DNA of 64,000 nucleotides. Origin: Promethearchaeia archaeon. Lineage in GTDB: Archaea > Asgardarchaeota > Lokiarchaeia > Sigyniarchaeales > SOKP01. Below are positions 49,561 to 58,499 of the stretch, piece by piece; within the stretch, counting starts at the first letter, position 1, and each line of letters opens with the position of its first letter. A program made the translations under genes and the position numbers. The stretch lies in contig JAHQWK010000019.1 in assembly GCA_029856145.1 (NCBI GenBank), forward strand, positions 82,271 through 146,270. The letters run 5' to 3'. The notes beneath the pieces are model-generated. The model searched no databases and was not told where the DNA came from. It worked only from the letters and a program-made list of their open reading frames with translations.

Positions 49561-49716
49561 TCATTTAGATTTTTTGATTTCTCTACATTCTTTAGTTATC
49601 AAAAATCTAATGATTTCGGTTACGTTTTTTATTCCATAATAATCTTTGATGGATTCTAATTTGTCAAAGATTTCTTTTTCAATAGAGATATGGAATTCAT
49701 GTTTTTCATTTTCCAT
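49561..49716 (-). CDS. small ribbon-helix-helix (CopG/Arc-like) protein, below the ORF-track length cutoff
   Basis: My codon-by-codon translation: MENEKHEFHISIEKEIFDKLESIKDYYGIKNVTEIIRFLITKECREIKKSK*. The strand-helix-helix pattern is typical of RHH proteins. Confidence 0.4.
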   Translation of the reverse strand: MENEKHEFHISIEKEIFDKLESIKDYYGIKNVTEIIRFLITKECREIKKSK

Positions 49717-49956
49717 TAGTTATTTTTAATATTTTTCGTTAATAAGTTTTTTTTATTTTTGGACAGTCTATGGATCTCTTTGGATTGAAATTGGATAATT
49801 ATTTATATATCCTTACCATTATAGAATGTGGAAGGTTATAACAAAAATTTTCTATGATACTATAATTTATACATTGGAGATACTGAGGGCTTCAATCATT
49901 CGCCTTAATTATAAATTATAGAGACAGAAGTAAAATTCAAAAGTAAGAAAAGAATT

Positions 49957-50925
49957 ATGTTTGAAATCATTATAGCAATTTACGTTCTTGTTGGTGGAAT
50001 CGCTCTTATTATATATGCTAGTATAAAGGCCGTAAAACACTCTGCGATTTTAGCATTTGCTTTAGGAGTATCACCATTAATAATTGGTTTAACATTGGTT
50101 TCCATTGGAACAGATATTTCAGAAATTTTTAATTCTCTTGTTTCATGTGCGTTAGGACATGGTGATATTGATGTTGGAGATTCTGTGGGTTCAGATTTAA
50201 CACAACTTACCTTAGTGTTTGGGATATTACCATTAGTTACAGGAATAATTTATATTCACAGAAAAGATATAATAACTTTAGGAGCTGCGGAAATTTTGTC
50301 ATTACTTGTAATTTTTACAATAGTGGAGAAAGGATATATTACACGATTAAATGCGCTTCTTATGGTTGGGAGCTTAGGTATTTATTTTTGGTTAATTTAC
50401 AATGCTAATAAGGGGAGTATTTTAAGTAGAGTAGAAATGATTGAAAAGATAGAAACTCCTAAAAGTAAAAGATATCACCTCCTAATAGCTATTTTGGGAT
50501 TTGGCGGGGTAACAATAGGAAGTTTTATGATTGTTGAATCTGTTATAGTTATTTCAAGTGTCTTAAACGTTCATGAATATATCATAAGTTTTTTCATTGT
50601 TGCGTTAGGCACCTCGCTCCCAGAACTGGCTGTCGATATCAATGCATTAAGATTAGGGCACCACCAAATCGCTATAGGAGATATTGTCGGTTCATGTATA
50701 GTAGATTCTACACTTTCAATTGGGATAGGGCAACTTATATTTAATCAAAATCCTAATCCTGTTACAGCGTCTCTCGCCGTTCCCACAGTTTTGTATACAC
50801 TAATAGCAAGTTTTATAGTTTTTAGTCTAATCGCTATAAGAAAGAAAGTAGATAAAAAAGCAGGAGTTTTATTTATTGGGCTATATTTTCTCTCTTATAT
50901 CTTTCTATTTTCCTTTTGGATATAA
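49957..50925 (+). CDS. Ca2+/cation antiporter (CaCA, YrbG/NCX-like)
   Basis: Ten hydrophobic segments. Alpha-repeat motifs GTDISEI and GTSLPELAVDINAL. Confidence 0.8.
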   Translation: MFEIIIAIYVLVGGIALIIYASIKAVKHSAILAFALGVSPLIIGLTLVSIGTDISEIFNSLVSCALGHGDIDVGDSVGSDLTQLTLVFGILPLVTGIIYIHRKDIITLGAAEILSLLVIFTIVEKGYITRLNALLMVGSLGIYFWLIYNANKGSILSRVEMIEKIETPKSKRYHLLIAILGFGGVTIGSFMIVESVIVISSVLNVHEYIISFFIVALGTSLPELAVDINALRLGHHQIAIGDIVGSCIVDSTLSIGIGQLIFNQNPNPVTASLAVPTVLYTLIASFIVFSLIAIRKKVDKKAGVLFIGLYFLSYIFLFSFWI

Positions 50926-50952
50926 TTCTGATATTAATTCTCAAAAGTCTCA

Positions 50953-51300
50953 TTAAATTGGCATATAGAATTTACATAATGCACATTGATTAGCCCGCAA
51001 TCTCCTTTCTGGTCCTAAGATTATAAATTTTTCGGTTAGCTCTCCACCACATTTTGGGCAACTTTTAGCAAAATTTTCTTTGATTGAATTTAATACTTTT
51101 TGTATTCCCTTCTCTAAATTAATTAATTCATTGGCATTCTGAATAATTTTATCGGCTGATATCATCCCAATACCTTTAATCCATGCTAACTGTTCTGGAT
51201 TAGATTTAGCAATCTCTTCTACTGTTTTTACTCCCGCATTTATTAGCCTTTCAGCTGCCGTTGGACCAATGCCCCGAACTCGTATTAATTCTTCAATCAA
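50953..51300 (-). CDS. helix-hairpin-helix DNA-binding protein with C-terminal zinc ribbon
   Basis: Two HhH motifs (IRVRGIGPTAAERLINAG and WIKGIGMISADKII), followed by CPKCGG...CALCKF. Confidence 0.6.
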   Translation of the reverse strand: MIEELIRVRGIGPTAAERLINAGVKTVEEIAKSNPEQLAWIKGIGMISADKIIQNANELINLEKGIQKVLNSIKENFAKSCPKCGGELTEKFIILGPERRLRANQCALCKFYMPI

Positions 51301-51405
51301 AAAAATCTTATTATAATGCTAATTTTGAATCTAATTATATATTATAATGTTAACTAGTCAAAATAAAATTTAAGTTGAAAAAATAAAAATAAAAAAATTA
51401 GATAT

Positions 51406-52137
51406 TTATTTCTCTAGTTGTCGTCCTACCCCACTGTACATCATATATCCACTGATGGCAGCTAAGATTATACCGATTGGGCCAATTAACATCCTAACTG
51501 TTGGATCGTTTAGGTAATTTGCAAAGAATATTGAATACATAAATATAATTAAAGCGATAACACCGACTATAAAGGATTTCCATTTCTTTTTTAATTGTTC
51601 ATCTTCAAATTTCTTATATATTTGAAATGATAAATACAATAAAGGTACAATTGTAAAGATCGTTACACCTAAGAATACATAGAGAAAGAAAGGTAGATGC
51701 CAAACAGGTGACCATTCTGTAGTAGCATTAAGTTCAACGCCCCATCCTGGTCCGGCTATCACAAAAAAGATCATGCAAAACATATAAATGCCATATCCAA
51801 TAAAGATCATCAATTGTTTTGTATGAGTTATTATTTTTTCTGATTTCAGTAAGATTAAATTAAACACTACGAAAAATATCGGAGCATAAAAAGCACCAAA
51901 ATTAGTAAAATAGTTTAAGATTAGTACGACTTGCTCATCCGCAATAGGTCCATATATAAAATTAAAAATAGTCCCTACTACCACAGATAAATAAAACCCA
52001 GAGAATATTAAATTCAACCTCTTTCTATCTCGCTTAAGAATTCGATAGGCTAAATAAACAAAAAAAATAAAAATGAGTCCTTGTGCACCATAAATTGTTA
52101 TTACTCGAATTGGATTTTCTAATGGATACAAAAACAT
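51406..52137 (-). CDS. 7-TM membrane protein (hypothetical)
   Basis: 243 aa with about seven hydrophobic helices. No family recognised. Confidence 0.55.
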   Translation of the reverse strand: MFLYPLENPIRVITIYGAQGLIFIFFVYLAYRILKRDRKRLNLIFSGFYLSVVVGTIFNFIYGPIADEQVVLILNYFTNFGAFYAPIFFVVFNLILLKSEKIITHTKQLMIFIGYGIYMFCMIFFVIAGPGWGVELNATTEWSPVWHLPFFLYVFLGVTIFTIVPLLYLSFQIYKKFEDEQLKKKWKSFIVGVIALIIFMYSIFFANYLNDPTVRMLIGPIGIILAAISGYMMYSGVGRQLEK

Positions 52138-52355
52138 AAAAATTCACGTTAAAATAGTTATTTTTATTTGTTATAAAAATGTGTTATACTATCTATTTAT
52201 CATTTCATATTTATTATTGTTTTTTTTTCTTATAAAAAAAAGACCGTATCTCTAGTCTTAATTTGATAAAAACTAGAAAATACAAAATTTACTCAAGTTG
52301 GCGTCCTACGCCATAATACATTAAGCATAAAATATATTTTGGTTCTAAGAATATC

Positions 52356-52550
52356 TTATTTTTCTCGCCACTCCTGGCCACAGCGTCCGCAGCGGTATTT
52401 TTTCCCGTAAACGCGGGGATAATCACTAATTATATTTGTTTTATCTGTAGATTCATGGATCATATTCTTATTTTCTTCTCCGCAACTTGGACACTTTCTA
52501 CGACCTGAAATCCTCTCAATTGTTAATAAACCGTTTGATTCTTCTCCCAT
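52356..52550 (-). CDS. small zinc-ribbon protein, paralog of the C-terminus of 47..871
   Basis: GRRKCPSCGEENKNMIHESTDKTNIISDYPRVYGKKYRCGRCGQEW. The likely start is the internal MGEESNG at 52550; the ORF track gives 52595. Confidence 0.55.
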   Translation of the reverse strand: MGEESNGLLTIERISGRRKCPSCGEENKNMIHESTDKTNIISDYPRVYGKKYRCGRCGQEWREK

Positions 52551-52702
52551 TTTTCTTAATTCAACTCCAACTTTATAAAATATACACAATAGCATTTTTA
52601 ATAATTATATTTTAATTTGTAAATTATTATTTTTATAACTTTTCGATTTTCTATCTTTTTTTTGTACAAATAAGGTATTATTTATAAACCAAAAGTTTTA
52701 AA

Positions 52703-53302
52703 CTAGCTTATTAGCCATTTTCCATATTCTTTTGCCTTTTCAAATAATTCTGGGCTCGAATATTGAAATCTTAAAATATAATCATTAAATAAAGTGTTAT
52801 AAATCTCATTTATATCTCTCCCTCTGTTAAATACTTCAAAACAATATATCAAATTTAGATCTTTTGTAGTTTTTTCTAATTTAAATCTACTTATCTTAAA
52901 ACTTTTAGAATGAGAATTGTTGATCAATTGTTCAATATCCATACCAACTAAAACAGATAATCCTTGGAATAAAAATGTCTCATTAAATTCTTCTACTAAA
53001 TATTTATTTATGGTATTTAATGAATTTTTATCGTATAAATTAAGTGTGAGAATTATTATATCAAGTTTCTGTATATTTTCAAAATTCTTTATTATAGCTT
53101 CAAGGGTTTCTGTTATAAACACCTTAATCATAATGGGTATTTGTTTAAAAATAATTAAACATTCATAAAAGCCATCAGAAAAATTAGAATTTATAGCTAT
53201 TTTATTTAGATTATCTAAGAAAATTTCTTTTATATATTCTAAATTACCAATGATTCCAATCCTTAGGCTATAGCTAACTTTCTTCACTAAATTCCATTCC
53301 AA
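52703..53302 (-). CDS. Ras-superfamily-like protein with degenerate GTPase motifs (pseudo-GTPase candidate)
   Basis: Colinear with Ras/Rab. G1: LRIGIIGNLEYIKE (no GxxxxGKS/T). G3: IKVFITETLE (no DxxG). LDIIILTLNLYDKNSLNTINKYL matches the switch II-proximal strand/helix. G4: VLVGMDIE (no NKxD). G5 region: CFEVFNRGRDINEIYNTL. Confidence 0.5.
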   Translation of the reverse strand: MEWNLVKKVSYSLRIGIIGNLEYIKEIFLDNLNKIAINSNFSDGFYECLIIFKQIPIMIKVFITETLEAIIKNFENIQKLDIIILTLNLYDKNSLNTINKYLVEEFNETFLFQGLSVLVGMDIEQLINNSHSKSFKISRFKLEKTTKDLNLIYCFEVFNRGRDINEIYNTLFNDYILRFQYSSPELFEKAKEYGKWLIS

Positions 53303-53413
53303 AAATAATTATTATTGTACTTAATTTTCTATTATTAAATTATTTTAATATATCATTTTTATAGCATATTTTATTTAAATAATGAATATGACTTTATCAC
53401 GATTAGGTTTAAA

Positions 53414-54373
53414 ATGCTTCGAGTTTATTTAGAATTAATTTTTATGGTTATTATTTGGAGCTTTTCATTTGTAATTGTAGATATTGCTGTAGAATTCATC
53501 CCTCCTTTATCCATCGCATTATATCGATTTATAATTGCGTCGTGTACTTTTCTACTAATTGATATTTATTTTAAAATCAGAAAAAAAAGGGAAATAAACT
53601 CAACTAATAACATTAAGAAAAAATTTTCAAAAAATGATTGGATGTTGCTGATACTTGCAAGCTTCACAGGAATATCATTTTTTTTCCTTTTTCAATATTC
53701 CTCAATTGAACTAATTGGTCCTTCGCTTCCTGCTTTATTTGTATGTTTAATAACACCTGTAATTATCACAATTCTTGCATTATTCTTTTTCAAAGAAAGA
53801 CTAAATATTTTTAAAATATTGGGTTTTATCATTGCTACAATCGGAGGTTTTTTATTAGTAACAGGGGGGGACATTACCAACCTTGCTCCAGGTTCTATCA
53901 ATTTTTTAGGATACTTATTTGCATTATTGACTCCAATTTTATGGGCAGTCTATTCTACAGCTACAAAAAAAATTTCGAAAACTAGTTCAAGCGCCACCAT
54001 GAATAAATATATTGCATATATTGGTACTGCTGAACTTATCATTTTCGTGTTAATTAATGGAGAGTTTACTATTTTTATTCAAAACTTTTTAAATATTTCA
54101 TTATTCCTCTGTGCCGTATATTTAGGATTGGGGTGTTATGTATTAGGCTATTATATTTGGCAGAATTCCCAAAAGGCTTTAAAATCATCAAAAGCCGCCT
54201 CCTTCTTATATGTTGAGCCCTTCTTTACACTACTCTTTTCTTTATTACTTCAACGGAGTGAAACAATTGTCTTATGGAATATAATTGGTGGAATAATAGT
54301 ATTAGTAGCTGTTCTGATTATTAATTATGAAAAAAAAAATGAGACTTTCTCTTTTGTCTTGACGTCTTTATAG
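53414..54373 (+). CDS. EamA/DMT-superfamily transporter
   Basis: Ten TM segments in two EamA-like halves. Confidence 0.75.
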   Translation: MLRVYLELIFMVIIWSFSFVIVDIAVEFIPPLSIALYRFIIASCTFLLIDIYFKIRKKREINSTNNIKKKFSKNDWMLLILASFTGISFFFLFQYSSIELIGPSLPALFVCLITPVIITILALFFFKERLNIFKILGFIIATIGGFLLVTGGDITNLAPGSINFLGYLFALLTPILWAVYSTATKKISKTSSSATMNKYIAYIGTAELIIFVLINGEFTIFIQNFLNISLFLCAVYLGLGCYVLGYYIWQNSQKALKSSKAASFLYVEPFFTLLFSLLLQRSETIVLWNIIGGIIVLVAVLIINYEKKNETFSFVLTSL

Positions 54374-54702
54374 ACAAGTTATTGCGACAGCCAAAAACCC
54401 AAAAATTCCAGATAATTGGGTTAAATCATCTAACACTACTTGAAATATTAATAAATATAGTTAATATGACGATTATAATTTATTTACTAATATACTAATA
54501 ACCATCTATTTAACAAAAAAACATATATAGAGATTATTTATACTAGAGTTAAAATAATCAAATATAATCAAAATTATGAGGTGAAAATGAACTGCCAAGG
54601 CGCTACTATGCAAAATCTAAGAAAACTTACGCGAAAGATCAAAGCTTTGACCAAGATCAAGAAGGAGAAGAAAAGGAGAGATTTCTGATTAGTATAGAAT
54701 TA

Positions 54703-55080
54703 ATGAGTTTGAAAACTCTAAAAGATTATGATATTATGGGTTGGCGTGGAGAATTTTATTTTAAGATAGACGGTCCCAAAACCTTCAAGGCGAGATGGCC
54801 AAACAAGGGTTTCATGAAATTACAGAGGAATCAGGAATTCACCAGTAAAGCGGATATGTCTCTTTGGAGTCAATTTAAAACCGTTCGAGTAGGAAAACCT
54901 GCCATAGAAAAGATAAGAGTCATTTTAAGAGAACAGGATCACATGAAAAGGAATGAAACTATTGCTGAACAAGAATTTGAAATAAAATTACCCTCAAAAA
55001 CGGAATATGTAGTTCTTCAAGACGAAAAAGAGAATACAAAAGCTAAACTTCGAATTCAAGCAACAAGAACAAGATATTAA
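54703..55080 (+). CDS. hypothetical protein; 5' end ambiguous
   Basis: 125-aa ORF. The frame stays open upstream to 54580, and a GAGGTGA lies at 54578-54584. Confidence 0.5.
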   Translation: MSLKTLKDYDIMGWRGEFYFKIDGPKTFKARWPNKGFMKLQRNQEFTSKADMSLWSQFKTVRVGKPAIEKIRVILREQDHMKRNETIAEQEFEIKLPSKTEYVVLQDEKENTKAKLRIQATRTRY

Positions 55081-55129
55081 ATTAATTTGTAACTTTTTTC
55101 TTTTATTTAAAATAAAAAATTTGTATTAT

Positions 55130-55840
55130 TTAATGGAGTTTGTATTTACACATATTACAGAATTTCCATGATGGATCTACCTTAATCCCACAATTAGGAC
55201 ACGTTTTTCCTTCTTCAGAAGAAATTGTTGAACTCCCAACAATTTCAGCAAATTTAATTGAAAATTCACGTATTCGCTCCCAGTCACGAAAATCATTAAA
55301 CCCTTTCATATCAAATTCAAGTCCGGTCTTTTTCATAATTGGTTTAACAATCTTTTTCAATTCTTTCTTTGGATCCACTTTAAGCTTTGACTTACGAGAG
55401 AAGTCTACTACTGGACCGAATTGAGCACAAATTGATGGTTTAAATCCATATTTCGTGATTATTTTTTCCTCAAGAGAATCACTTGCAGGTTCGGGGGTAA
55501 GAATTGCTTCTAAATTGAAAGGATCACTTCTAAATACGCCTAAGATCTTCTTATTCTTAATTATTTCCTCTAATTTTAAAGTAAAGAAGTTTTTTAATTC
55601 TTTCCTTAAAACGGCGCCTTGCCATCGAACTCCCAAAACTGTCACATCTCCAGCAGAAGAACCTGTTAAAATTGCATCATATCCATCTAAAGATGGCCAT
55701 TTACTACTTCTGATTTTTTTAAGATCAATAAGATGAGTAATCAATCCATTTTCTTCTAAAATTTTTGAAATTTCAAGTGAAATTTCTGTTACATATCCAT
55801 AAGGCGCTGAATAACAGATTAAAGCTTTTTTATCTGTCAT
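55130..55840 (-). CDS. flavodoxin-like-fold protein with C-terminal zinc ribbon
   Basis: KKALICYSAPYGYVTEISLEISKILEENGL resembles a flavodoxin-domain N-terminus. C-terminal CPNCG...CNMCKYKL. Confidence 0.5.
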   Translation of the reverse strand: MTDKKALICYSAPYGYVTEISLEISKILEENGLITHLIDLKKIRSSKWPSLDGYDAILTGSSAGDVTVLGVRWQGAVLRKELKNFFTLKLEEIIKNKKILGVFRSDPFNLEAILTPEPASDSLEEKIITKYGFKPSICAQFGPVVDFSRKSKLKVDPKKELKKIVKPIMKKTGLEFDMKGFNDFRDWERIREFSIKFAEIVGSSTISSEEGKTCPNCGIKVDPSWKFCNMCKYKLH

Positions 55841-56016
55841 AATTCTTTTTTTTCACCTACTTTTTGAATTTTAATATTTGAAGAATTATATTACTTTATG
55901 AAAATTTATGAATTTTATATATCTAACCTTTTATTTAATCATTTTGAAAAAAACTCTATATATTTATAGATTGTATGATTCTACAATACTTAAGTTTTCT
56001 AAAAAATTATACTAAA

Positions 56017-56769
56017 ATGAGTAAAATGTCGTTTGTAACATTAAGAGATAAGCAATATAAAGTAAAAAAAAATACATTATCTTTAATTAACCGAGGAATA
56101 GAAAGCATTGATGAGATTGTAGGTCTTGAGAATTTACCAAATTTAGTTAACTTAAATCTTTCAAATAATAATATAAGTGAAATTAAAGGTCTTGAAAATC
56201 TCTCAAATTTATTTGATCTAGATTTATCAGGAAACGCAATAACTGAAATAAAGGGACTTGATAATCAGGGGAAATTAAGATTTTTAAAATTAAATAAGAA
56301 TAAAATATCAGAGATAAAAGGTCTAGATTCTTTGACAGATCTAATGGTTTTAAATCTTGAAAGTAATCTGATTGGAGAAATTAAAGGGTTAGATAATTTG
56401 AGCAAAATTAACGCTCTATATCTTGCGAATAATAATATTACTGAAGTTAAGAATATAGAACATCTTCGAAATCTTAAGAGATTTGATTTAGGTACAACAA
56501 CAAAAATTTCTCGCGAACAAGTTAAACAAGTTCAAAAAGCAGGGATACATACAGAAGATCAACGTTATTGGCAAAAAAAGACAATGTGGAAAATAATTGG
56601 ATTTTTTATTGCAGTTGCCATAGGTGATTTAATTTTGTCAGTTTCAATTGTTGTTGGTGCTCAATGGGATGCTGGTGCTTTTTTACCATTGTATGGTGGC
56701 TTATTTTTCCCTTGTATGATTCTAGGACCGTTTCTATATTGTGCTGCTAGAGCTTATTCAGGTTATTAA
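56017..56769 (+). CDS. leucine-rich-repeat (SDS22-like, 22-residue period) protein with C-terminal TM anchor
   Basis: Six to seven repeats of L.NL..L..L.L..N.I.EIKGL, then two hydrophobic helices. ATG 56017 (MSKMSF) is preferred over the ORF-track start at 55975. Confidence 0.8.
   Translation: MSKMSFVTLRDKQYKVKKNTLSLINRGIESIDEIVGLENLPNLVNLNLSNNNISEIKGLENLSNLFDLDLSGNAITEIKGLDNQGKLRFLKLNKNKISEIKGLDSLTDLMVLNLESNLIGEIKGLDNLSKINALYLANNNITEVKNIEHLRNLKRFDLGTTTKISREQVKQVQKAGIHTEDQRYWQKKTMWKIIGFFIAVAIGDLILSVSIVVGAQWDAGAFLPLYGGLFFPCMILGPFLYCAARAYSGY
56071..56493 (+). repeat. 66-nt-period coding repeats (LRR units)
   Basis: Recurrent ...gaaattaaaggtcttgaaaat... / ...gaaataaagggacttgataat... / ...gagataaaaggtctagattct... 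at 66-nt spacing inside the LRR gene. Confidence 0.7.
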
Positions 56770-57149
56770 CTGTTGCTTTTAGGTTTAAATAACTTTTTAA
56801 TTATTTTTTTTATATCTAAAATTTTTGCAAGATACAGACTTGTTAAGAACATGGTCAAATTTAGAAATAGTAATGTATTTATAACAAAAAAGATACCCCC
56901 AAAATGAGTAAACACTAAAGCTATAAATCCACCAAAGCTAAAAAAACAAATATCCATTAAACAATTAATAAAACTATCTCTTCGTTGGGCAAACTTAATA
57001 CCATAATGATGAAAAATTGAGTTTTCTATAGATTCCCAAATTATTGCAGAAAAAGAAGTATACATCAAACTAAAGATACCTAGAGGAACATTATACCAAG
57101 CTAATAATATTGCATTTAATACCAAAAAAATTAAAAATCCAATAATCAT
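56766..57149 (-). CDS. 4-TM membrane protein (hypothetical)
   Basis: 127 aa, hydrophobic. Its stop overlaps the LRR gene stop region (convergent). Confidence 0.5.
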   Translation of the reverse strand: MIIGFLIFLVLNAILLAWYNVPLGIFSLMYTSFSAIIWESIENSIFHHYGIKFAQRRDSFINCLMDICFFSFGGFIALVFTHFGGIFFVINTLLFLNLTMFLTSLYLAKILDIKKIIKKLFKPKSNS

Positions 57150-57287
57150 ATGACTAAAACTAAAAAAATCTATAGCAGAAATTCCGATATCTTCCTTACA
57201 TTTTGCTATTATAATTATGATGCCTCACATTGCTGATTGATGAAAAAAATCTAAATTTATTTAATCAAAATTGGACTATAGAGAATT

Positions 57288-58436
57288 TTATAGTCTAAAT
57301 TTCTCGTATTTCGAAGTGCAAGGATGGTCATCGGTAACCCAAAACTCCCTTTTATTCGGAAGAACAATTATGGAACCTAAGGTTCCCGCTGCGGGGCCAT
57401 GTGTACAGACAGTGAAATCATCTGGGTCCCTATTGTCATGATCACTTAAAATCCTTTTCATTGTATCCATAGTAATTTGGCTTTTGTATTTTTCTAATAA
57501 CTCAATTTCTCTCTCATAACGTCTTATTGGCGATTCAAGAGGATAAATATCCATATCATCCATTTTGAACCGTACATAATCAGGTAAATTTGCATCTTTA
57601 AGTTCTTCTGTCTGGTAATGGTTAGTGTGAGCTAAAATCCCATCTTCAGGTCGACGAATTGCATACCGAGTACTTGTAGTTTCAACTACACATGTATCTC
57701 CATAAGCGTCCATAAGCCCACAATGGAACCCATTTGAGCGACCAGTGAAAGTAGTAATAAAATCAATAACTTCTTGAGTTGTAGCACAAGTTTCTAAAGC
57801 TTCTTGTATGATGAAAGTGGCTGGAACACCTTTTAACCTAAAATCTAGAGGCTTTTTTTTCCAAGAACGGCCATAATTATACCCAATTGCTAATCCTTTT
57901 TCATTCAATCCCATATGACAACCTATTAGAGAATATTGTGTAAGGTTTAAATTTTTATAACCATTATCCGGTATTTCTTCACGAACTATTTGGAATGGTT
58001 GGAGAACATTGGGGAAATCATAATTCCGTCCAAATATCATCGAATTATCCGAAGTAGCTCCTGGAAGTGCGAATATCATTGAACACTCTTGAACTGGAGG
58101 ATTTTTATAAAGAGATTTTGGGTCTCCTGACATTACTTCTATAAAATGACTTCCATAAATTAATCTTCCGTTTATTTCAGCTGCTTTGCTCAGAGCAATC
58201 ATTTTATTATACTGGTTTGGAAGAAGTAATTGTAAAGATTTCTTAATATTTTTTTTACCCATAATACCTAAAGCAAGCTTAATTATTGAAAGTGGAATTA
58301 ATTTCGATGTGACTTCTGAAAACATTTTTGAGTGGAAGACAACATCAAACATATTATGAATTTTATCTTTCAACTGTTCCCCTTGTTGGAAACCTCTCTC
58401 CGCAGGACTTCCCTCTATTCTTATAAAATCAACCAT
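57288..58436 (-). CDS. peptidase C45 / acyl-CoA:6-aminopenicillanic-acid acyltransferase-like Ntn hydrolase
   Basis: IEGSPAERGFQQGEQL N-terminus; candidate nucleophile Cys in VQECSMIFAL; RNYDF, GLNEKGLAIGYN, AHTNHY. Confidence 0.7.
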   Translation of the reverse strand: MVDFIRIEGSPAERGFQQGEQLKDKIHNMFDVVFHSKMFSEVTSKLIPLSIIKLALGIMGKKNIKKSLQLLLPNQYNKMIALSKAAEINGRLIYGSHFIEVMSGDPKSLYKNPPVQECSMIFALPGATSDNSMIFGRNYDFPNVLQPFQIVREEIPDNGYKNLNLTQYSLIGCHMGLNEKGLAIGYNYGRSWKKKPLDFRLKGVPATFIIQEALETCATTQEVIDFITTFTGRSNGFHCGLMDAYGDTCVVETTSTRYAIRRPEDGILAHTNHYQTEELKDANLPDYVRFKMDDMDIYPLESPIRRYEREIELLEKYKSQITMDTMKRILSDHDNRDPDDFTVCTHGPAAGTLGSIIVLPNKREFWVTDDHPCTSKYEKFRL

Positions 58437-58499
58437 ATTTAACCATTATTTTTGTTATTTTAAATTTTTAATAAATTTCTAAAAAAATAAGAATTCAGA

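Noticed and set aside
56071-56493. Regular 66-nt periodicity that could be mistaken for a CRISPR-like or satellite array.
   Set aside because: It lies entirely within an open reading frame and encodes 22-residue LRR units. There are no unique spacers.
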